From Candidatus Latescibacterota bacterium (GTDB lineage Bacteria > Latescibacterota > UBA2968 > UBA8231): a stretch of DNA of 64,000 nucleotides. The notes beneath the pieces were generated by a model. That model did no database searches and was not told where the DNA came from. It saw nothing but the letters and a program-made list of their open reading frames with translations. Made by a program: the position numbers and the translations under genes. Where the stretch lies: the NCBI GenBank assembly GCA_965215195.1, contig CBDCDC010000001.1:640001-704000 (forward strand). Direction: 5' to 3'. Below are positions 45,564 through 55,946 of this stretch, one piece after another; position 1 is the first letter of the stretch; each line of letters opens with the position of its first letter.

Positions 45564-47777
45564 ATGCGCTACTTGCTCTTAGTCATTTTGTCGTTGGCGG
45601 CTCCGCTGGGCGCCTTGGCCATAACGTGGGATTTTGACGAGGGCACTACCTATGGCTGGACGGCCCAAGAGAGCTTCTTAGGCAATGACAGTGACGTTAC
45701 TCCCACCACAGTGTACAGCGAAGTCGAAGGCGGCGTCTGGCGCATTGCGCCGGTGCCGGGCGGGCAACAACCGGCCATTAGCTTGCTTTCGCCGCTGATT
45801 GGGGAAGACTCCGCCCTTTTTGACCGGGTCACCCTCCGGCTGCGCATCATCCACGAGCGCCCCACCGAGGGAGACCTCCTGATGGACTGGTCCAATGGCG
45901 AGTCCAGACGCCGCCAGAAGGCAGCACCCCACGGGGGACCAGATTCTAGGTTGGGGTTTTTTATAGGCCGTGGTCAATTCTATCCCACCGAATGGGAAAA
46001 CATCACGATAGATATACGCGACTTGGAAGCCGCGGCGGAAGCGAATCTAACCACGGGGTTTGATCCCCTTGGGGGGATAAAGGAGATCGTCTGGCAGGAC
46101 ACGCTCTTCCACTTTCTACTACAACTAAACTTAAACACGGACCCGCAGAGTCCGGCTGACTATCCTGAGTTTTTAGAAGTGGACTGGATTCAACTGACAG
46201 GGGCTGAAGAGCTGCTGTTTGGGGAATTGCCGCCCCGGGTGGTCGCCGTGGCGGCGAGGCCACCCGGGGCGTTGTTCACCGAGCCGCGTTTTTCTGTGCT
46301 CGGCCCAGGTTTCGGTGCCGTATCATCGCAAGGTACTTTGGGCGATGTGGACGGCGATGGGGATGCCGATCTGGTGGGGGTATGGAGATACGACACGTTC
46401 GTCTGGGTGACCGAAAGGGAGACTGAGACGACGGTCCATGAGGGCTGGACTATAGCGGCTAGCGACGGGTTGGGCGGCTTGGTCCCGGCCCGAGAGGTGC
46501 TCCTCTCATCCGGCCAAGACGGGTCCATTTTGGGGATTGCGGGGAGCGATTTCAACGGGGATGGGCTGCTCGATCTGGCCTTTATGGAAGGTCTGGACCT
46601 CGAATTGTGGATCAACCGGGGCGCGAATGGCTTTGAAGCCATCCTCCAGCTATCCGGCGTCTATTTCAGGGGCCTCGCCGATGGCGACGGCGACGGCGAT
46701 GTAGACCTGTTGGTCATGGAGTACGACACCCTACGGGACGGCGTACGATGGTCCGAAGTGGTGATGTGGCTCAATGACGGCGCGGGCGCGTTTGCCCACC
46801 GCGATCGGTTCGTCCTCGATAGCGAAGAGGAACTCGCTCCGTACCTGCTGGCCGGGCAACCGCTGGGCGAGGCCGTGCGCGTGTTGTGGAACCGACCCTG
46901 CTACCAGCCAGTGGGGCCTTGGCGGCTGACCCAGCCGTGGGCCGCCAGCGAGCCGCCGCCGCTGTTTTTTGAGGCCGAGGTCAATCCCTGTGACCTGCAT
47001 CTGTTTAGCGATCTGGATGGGGCTGAGGCGGTGGAGTTCGTCGGGATTCCTGAGCGGAATCTATTCTTCGATTTTTATGTGGGCTCCACCTACCACGGTT
47101 TGGCGCTGTGGCGGGTGGATGGCGCGGGCGGGGTAGAACGCCACACCCTGCTCGGTCCGCAGGTGCTCGTGCCGGCTCCGCATGAGGCTAGGACCATTGC
47201 CCGTGACCTGACCGGCGATGGCCTTTTGGACTTGGCCGTGGTCGATGGCAACTTGGCCACCGGGCCGGCGCTGGTGGTGCTGGTCGGCCAGCGCGCTGGG
47301 GTGCCCATCGTCGAAGGGCGCTATCCCCTGCCGGGCACGGGCCGGCAGGTGCTCGCGGGCGATGTCAACGGCGATGGGGCGACCGATCTGGTGGTGCTGG
47401 GGCGCAGTGCGGCAGGGGATGACGGCGGCGCCTTCGTCTTTCTCAACCAAGGCGTCCCGGCCACAGCTATCGCGGCCGAGACAGCGGCCACGTCCTCAAC
47501 CTTTGCCCTCGGTGCGAACTATCCCAATCCATTCAATCCGGCTACGAGCATCCCCTTGACGGTGCCTGCCGAAACGGGCGATGTAGACTTAACCATCTAC
47601 AACGTCTTGGGGCAGCCGGTGCGGCAGGTGTGGAACGGTCCGCTGGCGGCGGGCGAGCACAGGCTGACTTGGGATGGCCGGGATGCCCAAGGCCAACCCG
47701 TCGCCGCCGGGGTCTATTTGTATCGGTTGCAGGTGGAAGACCAGGTGCGCATCCGCAAGATGGTCAAACTCGAATAG
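45564..47777 (+). CDS. Secreted FG-GAP-repeat protein with FlgD-Ig (type A-like) tail
   Basis: AITWDFDEGT N-domain shared with 8859-10673; DVDGDGDADL repeats; NYPNPFNP..RKMVKLE. Confidence 0.85.
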   Translation: MRYLLLVILSLAAPLGALAITWDFDEGTTYGWTAQESFLGNDSDVTPTTVYSEVEGGVWRIAPVPGGQQPAISLLSPLIGEDSALFDRVTLRLRIIHERPTEGDLLMDWSNGESRRRQKAAPHGGPDSRLGFFIGRGQFYPTEWENITIDIRDLEAAAEANLTTGFDPLGGIKEIVWQDTLFHFLLQLNLNTDPQSPADYPEFLEVDWIQLTGAEELLFGELPPRVVAVAARPPGALFTEPRFSVLGPGFGAVSSQGTLGDVDGDGDADLVGVWRYDTFVWVTERETETTVHEGWTIAASDGLGGLVPAREVLLSSGQDGSILGIAGSDFNGDGLLDLAFMEGLDLELWINRGANGFEAILQLSGVYFRGLADGDGDGDVDLLVMEYDTLRDGVRWSEVVMWLNDGAGAFAHRDRFVLDSEEELAPYLLAGQPLGEAVRVLWNRPCYQPVGPWRLTQPWAASEPPPLFFEAEVNPCDLHLFSDLDGAEAVEFVGIPERNLFFDFYVGSTYHGLALWRVDGAGGVERHTLLGPQVLVPAPHEARTIARDLTGDGLLDLAVVDGNLATGPALVVLVGQRAGVPIVEGRYPLPGTGRQVLAGDVNGDGATDLVVLGRSAAGDDGGAFVFLNQGVPATAIAAETAATSSTFALGANYPNPFNPATSIPLTVPAETGDVDLTIYNVLGQPVRQVWNGPLAAGEHRLTWDGRDAQGQPVAAGVYLYRLQVEDQVRIRKMVKLE

Positions 47778-47916
47778 ACGCACGAACTGGGAACGGACAT
47801 GCTGGAGACATTGCGCCAATACATAGCGGCTGGAAGCGTTTCATGGAACGAACGATTGAATGGGAGTGGCGTGGGGATGTGGATTAGGTCCTGCCGAAAA
47901 GAGAGGGCATAAGACG

Positions 47917-49242
47917 ATGAGACGGCCATGGAAAGTCCCGTTCCGAAAAAATAGAAAACTGCAAAGCTGCTTGGCGGTGTCGCTGGCCTTGCATCTGCTG
48001 GTGATCTTCGGACTCCCGCGCCACGAGCGGGTCACTCACTTTCCCTTGCAACCACCGATCATGGTGAAGTTTACCAAGAAGCGCCCGCTGCCGCGCACCC
48101 TCGCCCGCCGCCAACGGCCCCAGCAGCGCCCGTTGGTGCGCCGCCCCGCCCTGCAAGCCGCCCCGGTCGTAGCGATGCGGCCGGCTCCCTCGGCGACGCG
48201 CCCGCTACCGGTGTTCAAGTCGTCGGCTCTCCGACTGCCAACGGCGGCACTGCCAGCGCGACTGGTGCTGCCCGTGCCGGATTTCCCCGCTCGGCAGATT
48301 GGTCCATCCCTGCAGGCGGGGGCATTGGAAGGGACGCGGCAAGGGGCCGACGAGATTGACTTGGCGTTGGAACTGATGGACGTGCAGGTGCTGGACACGG
48401 GTCGGCATCGGGCGATGGTCGTCGTCGATCCCCAAGATCGGCGCAAGCTCAAGGGCTTTCTCTATTTGTCCAGTATCCACAGCGAAGCGCTCGAACGCGC
48501 CGAGGCCAGCGCGGGGTCGGAGCGCAGCGGGGGGTGGTCGCGCAGCATCGCCGAGCAGCGCATCCTGCAAGGACTCGCCGACAAAGTGAGCGAGCGCACC
48601 GGCGTACACACCCAAGTGCTTGACGGCCTCGCCTTGGACGATCCCCGGCTGATGCAGGTGCCGTTTCTGTTGCTGACGGTTCAGAGCCAAGTCGCCTTCA
48701 CCCAAGCCGAAGCCAAAAATCTGGGTCGCTATCTCACGTCGGGTGGGTTCCTCTATGCCGAGATTGTCTCCGCCCCCATCGCCCTCGCGGGCGGCTATCA
48801 GCACGACCTGCCGGCGTTGCGCGCTTTCACTCGCCAAGCCTTTCAGCAAGTGGACTACGCCGAACACAAAGATTGGTCTTTCGTGCGGTTGCCGCCCGAA
48901 CACCCGCTCTACCACTGCTTCTACGACATAGATTCCCTGCCGCGCGGCTTCTGGGACATCTGGTTTTGGTATCTTGACTCTCGCTTCGAGTCGTCGCCCA
49001 ATTACTTGGAGGGCATTGAGGTCAATGGCCGCATCGTAGGGGTTTACTCACAAAAGAACTACGCGACTCTATTGGCTGGCGAGGTTGAGCGGCTCCGCGA
49101 GGCGGATCGGGCCACCAACAATGAGGGTCGTTTTGTCACGGGTGCGGATGAGTTGCCGGTCTATGACCTCGGCGTCAATATCGTGGTGTATGCGTTGACG
49201 CGGGAGGGATCATTGGCTCAACAGTTCGTCGATGTGGACTGA
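47917..49242 (+). CDS. DUF4159-domain protein with TonB-like SxxxH anchor and Pro/Arg-rich linker
   Basis: VSLALHLL; NLGRYLTSGGFL; LPPEHPLYHCFYD; LEGIEVNGR; LGVNIVVYALT. Confidence 0.78.
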   Translation: MRRPWKVPFRKNRKLQSCLAVSLALHLLVIFGLPRHERVTHFPLQPPIMVKFTKKRPLPRTLARRQRPQQRPLVRRPALQAAPVVAMRPAPSATRPLPVFKSSALRLPTAALPARLVLPVPDFPARQIGPSLQAGALEGTRQGADEIDLALELMDVQVLDTGRHRAMVVVDPQDRRKLKGFLYLSSIHSEALERAEASAGSERSGGWSRSIAEQRILQGLADKVSERTGVHTQVLDGLALDDPRLMQVPFLLLTVQSQVAFTQAEAKNLGRYLTSGGFLYAEIVSAPIALAGGYQHDLPALRAFTRQAFQQVDYAEHKDWSFVRLPPEHPLYHCFYDIDSLPRGFWDIWFWYLDSRFESSPNYLEGIEVNGRIVGVYSQKNYATLLAGEVERLREADRATNNEGRFVTGADELPVYDLGVNIVVYALTREGSLAQQFVDVD

Positions 49243-49429
49243 GGGCTGTTGTGCCGTGATACTATAATTGAAGAGGGCACTGCGAGGTATGGAAATCATT
49301 CCGTTAATTCCCGAACGCGACTTAGCCATTCAGCGGGCGCGGGTCGCACAAGATCGCGATGTACGCACCCAAGCGAAGGCTTGTCTCCTGTTAGGAGGAA
49401 CAAGGAGAACTCGACAGAGCCGAAGCCCT

Positions 49430-49587
49430 GTATAAGAGTTCGCTTGGGACAGGTCTATGCGTCGAATCAGGCTCCTTTTGATGCCGTACTTCAGTGGCGG
49501 CAAGCACTGGAACTATACCGCAAACTTCAGCTAGACGACAAGGTTGAGTTCGTAGAACAACTGCTGAGGACGAGCGGCCGAATGTAA
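49430..49587 (+). pseudogene. Possible C-terminal TPR relic
   Basis: LGQVYA..AVLQWRQALELYRKL helix-pair pattern; no plausible 5' part. Confidence 0.35.
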
Positions 49588-49634
49588 AGGGCAAAATGAT
49601 GTTCAACGCAATACGACAGCCGGCCAGTCGCGGC

Positions 49635-52013
49635 CTAGTAAGCCACGCTGATAATGCGGTGCCGGCTCGCGGCCCCGGCTTGGGCCTCCACCTCCACCCG
49701 GCACAGGTACGAACCCGGGGGGACTACGCGCTCGTCTTGGTCTTGACCGGCCCAAATGTAGAGATAGGACTGATCGGGCTGGCGCTGGCCTGCAAGGGCG
49801 CGGACGAGCCGGCCAGCGAGGGTGTAGATCCGCACTTGGGCCGGCGCGTCCGTCTTGAGGACATGGAAGCGGATTTCCGCGGCGTCGCCAATTCCGTCCC
49901 CGTTGGGGCTGATGAACGATTGCACCGAGAGATTGGCGATGAGCCGGTCGGTGCCCGGGACGCTGGGCAAATAGACGGTCGTGGCAGCGCGCCGCACCGG
50001 ATCGACCGGCTGCCACACCGCTAGCTGCCGCTCGTGGCCCACGAAGGCCCGGAAGAGGGTGGCGTTGCGCTCTACAACCGCGCTGAACGACAGCGCGACG
50101 TCCTCTCGCCGCACGGTGCGCGGCAGTTCCACGAGCAGGGAATCGCCGGCAATGCGCACGGCGGCTGGTTCGGCTTCGGCACCGTCTATGCTGAGGACGA
50201 GCGCGTCCGGGTCGGCCGGCGAGGGAGTTTGCAGGAGGACGCGATCAAACCCGGGGTTGCGCGGCGCTAGCTCCGGCGTGATGTGGAACGAGAATAGCTG
50301 GGGCACGCCCGCCTCGGCCGTGCGCGGCAAGACCTCGCCGGTGACCCCGGCGAGGAAGGCGTCGGTAAATTCGATCTCCAAGGCGCGCACGGTCGGCGCG
50401 GTGGTCGGGCGGTCTGAGCTGAGGATGAGCTGAACTTGGACGAAGCGGCGCGGGCTGGGGGAGAGAAACTGCTCGCCGGGGCGCTGGTAAAAGTTGCTCC
50501 ACTCGCTCCAGTCCTCGCCAATGCCAATAGTGCTCTGGGTCTCGCCCCGCAGCGCCTTTGGCATCTGGTCGAACTGCTCGGCCGTTACTTCGGTGCCATC
50601 CTTGCGGAAGTAGCGAAAGTTTTCTTGCAGCGCGTTGCCCGAGCGAGTGCGCGCCTGAATGCGAGCGCCCGGGGGCAGGTCGGCTTCCCAGCGCAGGGAC
50701 TTGATCACCTTCGCCCGGTTGTCGCCGGCGATTTGCCCCAAGTCGATGAAGTCCGAACTCATCTCCACTTGGGCCACGTGGCCCACCGCAAACACCAGCG
50801 TCTCTATCAAAAAGCCGCTCTGGAACTCAAAGCTGGACTGGGCACCGCCACCGCCGACCCATTCGGCCGCGATAAAGCGGACCGGGCGCGGGTCGAAAAG
50901 ATACGTCAATTGGCCGGGGAACTCAGTCGAGGACGCGAGCAAGGCATCTGCGTCGCCGATGAAAAGCTGGTCCAGATCGACCTCGCCCGTCAGGGTGCGG
51001 CGACCGTTGGAAACGCTCAAGCTGTGGGTGCGAATCTGAGGCAGGTTGGAGCCGTACGTCAGGGTGCGGAGGAGAAAATCCGAAGTGCGCATCACGATCC
51101 GATCCACCCAGAACAATGCGCCCAAGTCCCAGTCCCAAGCGATGGGATCTTGGCCGCGCTCCCGCCGCGCTCCCCAATCGGTATTGGCGTTGCCGTCGGC
51201 CATTTTGAAGGCAAACCCCCGGCCCACGCGCTCCTGAATCGCGCCGCCGCGCGCTAGGGTCTGCAAGGCGATATTTTCCCCGAGCGTGTACACTTCCACC
51301 TCGGCAAGGGCTGCGTCCGGCGTCTTGGCATCGACCAAAATCCTTATGAATTGCAGTAAGTCGTAGGTGGTATCCGCAGCGCCTGCCTCGCGGCCCTCCC
51401 GCACCCGCGTCACCTCCCGCACCAGCGGCTTCACATCGTAGGTCACCTCAGTCTCGTCAATGGGCTTGGTGGTGCCGCCTATCAGGTGAAAAGAGAATAT
51501 GTCTTGGCGCGTCACGCGGCGGCCCTCGGACCCGAAGACGCGGAATTCGCGCAAGGGCCGCGCCCCCTCTTGATCCGGGAAAATGAGGCGAATCTCCGAC
51601 ACGAGTACGGCCCTTCCCAAGTTGATCTCGATCCACCAGTCCTCTAAGGGGGCGTCCGGGTCGGGTTGCCAGAAGGTGTGGACGCGGCCGTCTATGGCCC
51701 GGCCGGCCGTTGCGAGGTTGGTGCCGGCCTTCCACGCGCCGCCGCGCATCTCTTGGCCGCTCACCAGTTCGTGGGTGAATTCGCTGGCGTTGGCCGCTGC
51801 GTTGTGTACGCCCTTGAATTCGACCGGGGTCACCGAGCCGGATGAGGAAAATGCGAGCGTGCCGGCCGGGAAGGTCCATTGCTGCCACTCGGCTTTGCGA
51901 TCCACCCGGTACACCTCTAGGTCGGCGCTCCGAGTCTGGGCGTACGCCGCCAGCCCGAGGGCCGCCAAGCCCGCGAAGAGGAGGAACGTTTGGTGCGAGC
52001 GAATGCGCTGCAT
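49635..52013 (-). CDS. Long-class discoidin-like/FlgD secreted protein (module B)
   Basis: ATG after aaggag; IDGRVHTFWQPD..WWIEINLGR; RTRSGN; WSEWS; ISPNGDGIGD; ends SVAY. Confidence 0.75.
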   Translation of the reverse strand: MQRIRSHQTFLLFAGLAALGLAAYAQTRSADLEVYRVDRKAEWQQWTFPAGTLAFSSSGSVTPVEFKGVHNAAANASEFTHELVSGQEMRGGAWKAGTNLATAGRAIDGRVHTFWQPDPDAPLEDWWIEINLGRAVLVSEIRLIFPDQEGARPLREFRVFGSEGRRVTRQDIFSFHLIGGTTKPIDETEVTYDVKPLVREVTRVREGREAGAADTTYDLLQFIRILVDAKTPDAALAEVEVYTLGENIALQTLARGGAIQERVGRGFAFKMADGNANTDWGARRERGQDPIAWDWDLGALFWVDRIVMRTSDFLLRTLTYGSNLPQIRTHSLSVSNGRRTLTGEVDLDQLFIGDADALLASSTEFPGQLTYLFDPRPVRFIAAEWVGGGGAQSSFEFQSGFLIETLVFAVGHVAQVEMSSDFIDLGQIAGDNRAKVIKSLRWEADLPPGARIQARTRSGNALQENFRYFRKDGTEVTAEQFDQMPKALRGETQSTIGIGEDWSEWSNFYQRPGEQFLSPSPRRFVQVQLILSSDRPTTAPTVRALEIEFTDAFLAGVTGEVLPRTAEAGVPQLFSFHITPELAPRNPGFDRVLLQTPSPADPDALVLSIDGAEAEPAAVRIAGDSLLVELPRTVRREDVALSFSAVVERNATLFRAFVGHERQLAVWQPVDPVRRAATTVYLPSVPGTDRLIANLSVQSFISPNGDGIGDAAEIRFHVLKTDAPAQVRIYTLAGRLVRALAGQRQPDQSYLYIWAGQDQDERVVPPGSYLCRVEVEAQAGAASRHRIISVAY

Positions 52014-52027
52014 GGTCTGCTCCTTTT

Positions 52028-53965
52028 TTAGTACGCAACCCCCACCGCACCGAGGCGGGTGAATTGCTCGCGCTCGGCGTCGGCGGTCACTTGGGCGAGG
52101 TAGAGCCCCGCGGGAACCGGGTTGCCGCTGTCGTCGCGCCCGTCCCATTCATAGGCAAAAGAGCCGCTGCCGCGCGCACCGGCAAACAAGGTGCGCACCC
52201 GCTGGCCTCCAAGCGAGAAAATCCGCACGGCCAACTGGACGGGCTGCTGGAGCTGGACCAAGGTACAGGAAATGCGCACGCGATCGTTGACCCCGTCGCC
52301 ATTGGGCGTCATCACGGCTGGCTGCACTGCAAAGAGCGGGAGCAGGTTGCGCGCCGAAGCGGCCGTGGTCAGTACGCGCAAGTCATTGGTCAGGACCGTG
52401 GGGTTGGCGTCGCCGGGCAGGACCTGCTGCGGGGCCTCGTCGCTTTGGGTGTCAAAGACGCGGGCGCGAAAGAACGTGGATTGGACAAAAACTTCGGCGT
52501 CGAACACGACGCGCAGCGCACCCGGCGATTGGTGCGTCAGCCTTTGGCTGGGGAAGAATAGCGTCAGGCTTTCTTCGCCCGCGACGACGCTGTCGGGCGC
52601 GGTGGCGACGGGCGGATCGCCCGCGAACATCTCCCTGAACTGCGGCCTAGCGGGCGTGAAAATCTCCAGAGCGTCAAAGCCCACGTCCGTCTCGCGGATG
52701 TCGGCGCGGATGTCGTACGCAAAGGTCGAGAGCGCGCCGGCCGGCACTCGGGGCTTGTTGCCCAAGGGGCGGGGGGTTTCCAGCGCGGAGATTTCCCCTA
52801 TGAGCTGCTGGGCCAACGGCGGGATGGAGTGCTCAACCACCAGCGAGTTGACCCGGATGCCGTCGAGGATGGAGTGGCTTTCGAGGGCGATTTCGAGCTG
52901 GAAGAAACGACGCGGGCTAGGCAGCTCAATTTGCTGGCCGGACTCGGCAAAGGGCGGCGACCACTCGCTCCAGTTGACTTGATCGTCTTCGACCGGGCCG
53001 CGCACGTTCAGGCCCAGCCGGCCGTAGTCGCCCTCCGACACTTCCTGCACGTCGCCAGTGAAAACATTGACGATTTCGTAGAACACTTGCGGGGTATCGT
53101 CGCGGCCCGTGCGCATGCGAATGGAGACGCGCGCATCGGCCGTTGGCTCGACGTCGATGCGGCCCTCTTGCTGGCGCAAGGTCTCGGCCGTCCACAGCAG
53201 GCGGCTGAAGTTGGCCACTTCGCCCAAGTCGATGATCTTGGAGCGATAGCGCCCTCCCGGGGGAAAACCCGCCCCGTACACCTCGAACTCGGCTATCTCA
53301 AAGGGGTTGGTCGAGGTCACGTTGAGCTGGATGTAGCGGACGAATTGCAGGGGGAAGGGAATTTGCGCCACGCTTTCCGCGGTAAAATCCACCTGGGTCA
53401 GCAGGTTGTACACCGGCAGATTTTCCGGCGTGAAGCTAACGCCATCGCTGACCTGAATTTTATAGCCGCGGATGAAGTCGTCGGCAAAGGGCCGCCCGCG
53501 GCTGTCGGCCCCTTGCGGGCGCGGGAAAAACGAGATGCGATTGACGGGGAGGCGCGTACCCAAGTCAAAGAAAAAGGCCCGGCCCGCTTGCAGCACCCCA
53601 AATTCCTTGAAGCGGTTTTCGCTGGAGGTCTGCACGTCGCCATCGACGAGCGGGGCATTCGTCTGCTTGAAGGGCACGTTGTCCCACACCCGCGCCGCAG
53701 CCACCTCAGTGACGAAATCCAAGGGGAAGCCCTCGGTCCACTTTAGCTGCCGGACGATGTTGTCGTTGGGATTAAAACCCACCAATTGAATGGCCCCGGC
53801 GGCATCGAAGCTGATGGCCGTGGAATTTAGCTCGTCGTCTTTCCAAGAGCGGCCCGCACCGCCCAATTCCCACTGCCGCACCTCGCCGCCGGCCGCGGTG
53901 GCCATGACCAGCACCATAGAAGCACAAACTAGCGATCTGAACGCGCACAAAAGCAATTCCCTCAC
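52028..53965 (-). CDS. Short-class discoidin-like/FlgD secreted protein (module B)
   Basis: FDLGTRLPVNRISFFPR; MRTG; WSEWSPP; MTPNGDGVND; ends GVAY. Confidence 0.75.
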   Translation of the reverse strand: MRELLLCAFRSLVCASMVLVMATAAGGEVRQWELGGAGRSWKDDELNSTAISFDAAGAIQLVGFNPNDNIVRQLKWTEGFPLDFVTEVAAARVWDNVPFKQTNAPLVDGDVQTSSENRFKEFGVLQAGRAFFFDLGTRLPVNRISFFPRPQGADSRGRPFADDFIRGYKIQVSDGVSFTPENLPVYNLLTQVDFTAESVAQIPFPLQFVRYIQLNVTSTNPFEIAEFEVYGAGFPPGGRYRSKIIDLGEVANFSRLLWTAETLRQQEGRIDVEPTADARVSIRMRTGRDDTPQVFYEIVNVFTGDVQEVSEGDYGRLGLNVRGPVEDDQVNWSEWSPPFAESGQQIELPSPRRFFQLEIALESHSILDGIRVNSLVVEHSIPPLAQQLIGEISALETPRPLGNKPRVPAGALSTFAYDIRADIRETDVGFDALEIFTPARPQFREMFAGDPPVATAPDSVVAGEESLTLFFPSQRLTHQSPGALRVVFDAEVFVQSTFFRARVFDTQSDEAPQQVLPGDANPTVLTNDLRVLTTAASARNLLPLFAVQPAVMTPNGDGVNDRVRISCTLVQLQQPVQLAVRIFSLGGQRVRTLFAGARGSGSFAYEWDGRDDSGNPVPAGLYLAQVTADAEREQFTRLGAVGVAY

Positions 53966-54002
53966 TTTATTGGCGAAATATAGCCCGTTCTCACCCAGAA
54001 CC

Positions 54003-55943
54003 TCAACCCCAGAAAATCACATTGCCGACCATGCCGGTACAGTGATCGACGAACAGAAAAAGCCCCCCTGGCACGATGTGCCCGGCGATCATGCCCATGA
54101 AAAAGGGGCGCGTCTTGCGGTAGAGCGCCACGCCGCCGTAGCGCAGCACCGACACCTTAATCAGCCACGCCAAAAACATGTCGAACCAGAGGTGATCCAT
54201 GATCCCGGTCGGGCCGATGGGGTAGCCGAGGGGATGCAGGGGCCACCAGACATAGTACCAGCGCGCCAGCATCAACAGCAGCATTGCGCCCGCCCCAATC
54301 CCGGTGTTGATCCAACCCCACAGATGCGGCTCGCTCGGCGTGCGAATCAAGCCGGCCGCGTAGTCGTAAAACCCGTGCTTGCCCCCGGGAATTTTTAGGT
54401 TGAGCGCCCCGTACGAATAGCCCAGCTCCACGACCACCCACATTGACGAGACCAGCCCAACGGCCATGGCCAAGAGCATCGTCCAGAACAGCGGCCGTTT
54501 GGACCCGCCGAAGCCCTCGCCCAATTTGAGGCTGTTGGCGGCCGAAGTCATGGCGAAGCTGCGCCCGTTCGTCCAGAAATAGGTCGTCGCCAGCACCACC
54601 AAGCCCTCGACCCCGATGGCCGACGAGCCGACGGCTGAGACCACGATGGCGGCCGGGCCGACCGGGACCGAACCATCCGAAAGCCCTCCTTCGGCGATTA
54701 GGCGAGTAAATCCGACAAAGAGCGCGAAAGCAGTGAAGAGAAAGGCCAAGGTGACCCAGACGGGCAGGCCGGCCAGCGCCAGCCACGCAACCAGCACCGC
54801 GCTGCTGCCCAGCAGGACCAGCACGGCCGTCCGGTAGGAGAGGATTTCGCCGGAGTCATCTACGGTCGGGTCGCCCCACAGGGCCTTGCGCAAGACCGCC
54901 CGCAGGTGCTTGCGGGCCGCGAACAGGCCAAAAAGAAAAAGGACCAGCATCCCGCCCATGGACTGGTGGACGAGGATCGGGTCGATGATCGAGTGCCCGC
55001 CCCCCAGCATCTCCGAACTGGTGACGCCCAGTACGGCGAAGGTGGTGCGCAGGGCATTGGCGAAGAGGTTAAAAAACCACAGGCTGAAGGCGATTTCAGT
55101 CTTGAGAAAGTAGAAAAAGCCCAAGATGTTGAAGCGGAATTTGAATTGCAGTTCGGACAGGTTGTCGAAGATGGGCAGGATGAAGTGGATGGGATCTACA
55201 TTGGTGGCAATGGGCACGGTCTCCGGGAAGTAGTTGTGCAGCCCGTGCAGGGTGCCCCAGATGGCCGGCACGGCAAAGCCGCTCCACATCACCGGGTTTT
55301 TGAAAAACGGGGCCATGCGTTCCCCCCCAGCGTCCTGCTCGGCGAGGGCCATGGGCACCTGGACCAGCGGATAGGTCAGCCGCTCGTGGTCGTTCCACTG
55401 CTTGCGCAGAATGGCCATCGCGGCAATCATCGCCAAGAACAGGGCCCACACAAAAGGGGCCCAGCGCAAGAAAATCGGCAGCCAGTCAAGCCAGGGGATG
55501 GAGCGGCCCTGTTCCAAGCCCTCGTAAAAAGGCCCCATGATCCCTAGATCGCGTGGCTGCAACCAGTCCGCTAGGTGGGGTTGGACGAGCGTGTGCCAGT
55601 CGTTTTCCGGCGTGGCAAAGTAAAAGGGGGTGAGGATCGTGCCGATGAAGCGGCCGGCAAAAAACACCGGCAGGGGCGAGGCCATGACCATCATTATATA
55701 GATGAGCAGGAGCTCGCCGCGGTTTAGCCCGGCTCGCGGATGGACCAGCTTGAGCAGCGGGTTGACCAAGCCGGCGAGGAAGAAGAGCAAGAACAGGGCG
55801 CCGACCGTGCTGGTCCCGAGCGTCATGTACGAGCCGCGCAAATAGAAGACTCCATAGGAGTCGCCCGCAGCCACGAAAAACGTAAACAGGCAACCGAGAA
55901 TCAGGGCCTTGGGCGTGAAGGCACCGGCCGCTGGGGGGCGCAA
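54003..55943 (-). CDS. DUF6785/DUF6784-like polytopic membrane protein (copy B)
   Basis: YFATPENDW, LRKQWNDHERLTYPLVQVP, TRLIAEGG, WWPLHPLGY, LRYGG..LY...RPFF. Confidence 0.8.
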   Translation of the reverse strand: MRPPAAGAFTPKALILGCLFTFFVAAGDSYGVFYLRGSYMTLGTSTVGALFLLFFLAGLVNPLLKLVHPRAGLNRGELLLIYIMMVMASPLPVFFAGRFIGTILTPFYFATPENDWHTLVQPHLADWLQPRDLGIMGPFYEGLEQGRSIPWLDWLPIFLRWAPFVWALFLAMIAAMAILRKQWNDHERLTYPLVQVPMALAEQDAGGERMAPFFKNPVMWSGFAVPAIWGTLHGLHNYFPETVPIATNVDPIHFILPIFDNLSELQFKFRFNILGFFYFLKTEIAFSLWFFNLFANALRTTFAVLGVTSSEMLGGGHSIIDPILVHQSMGGMLVLFLFGLFAARKHLRAVLRKALWGDPTVDDSGEILSYRTAVLVLLGSSAVLVAWLALAGLPVWVTLAFLFTAFALFVGFTRLIAEGGLSDGSVPVGPAAIVVSAVGSSAIGVEGLVVLATTYFWTNGRSFAMTSAANSLKLGEGFGGSKRPLFWTMLLAMAVGLVSSMWVVVELGYSYGALNLKIPGGKHGFYDYAAGLIRTPSEPHLWGWINTGIGAGAMLLLMLARWYYVWWPLHPLGYPIGPTGIMDHLWFDMFLAWLIKVSVLRYGGVALYRKTRPFFMGMIAGHIVPGGLFLFVDHCTGMVGNVIFWG

Positions 55944-55946
55944 GGA

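Noticed and set aside
11932-52148. ORF-track N-terminal extensions (13695, 16201, 24052, 32057, 37568, 40734, 52148)
   Set aside because: They overlap neighbouring genes; downstream starts have an RBS, a signal peptide or stop-start coupling
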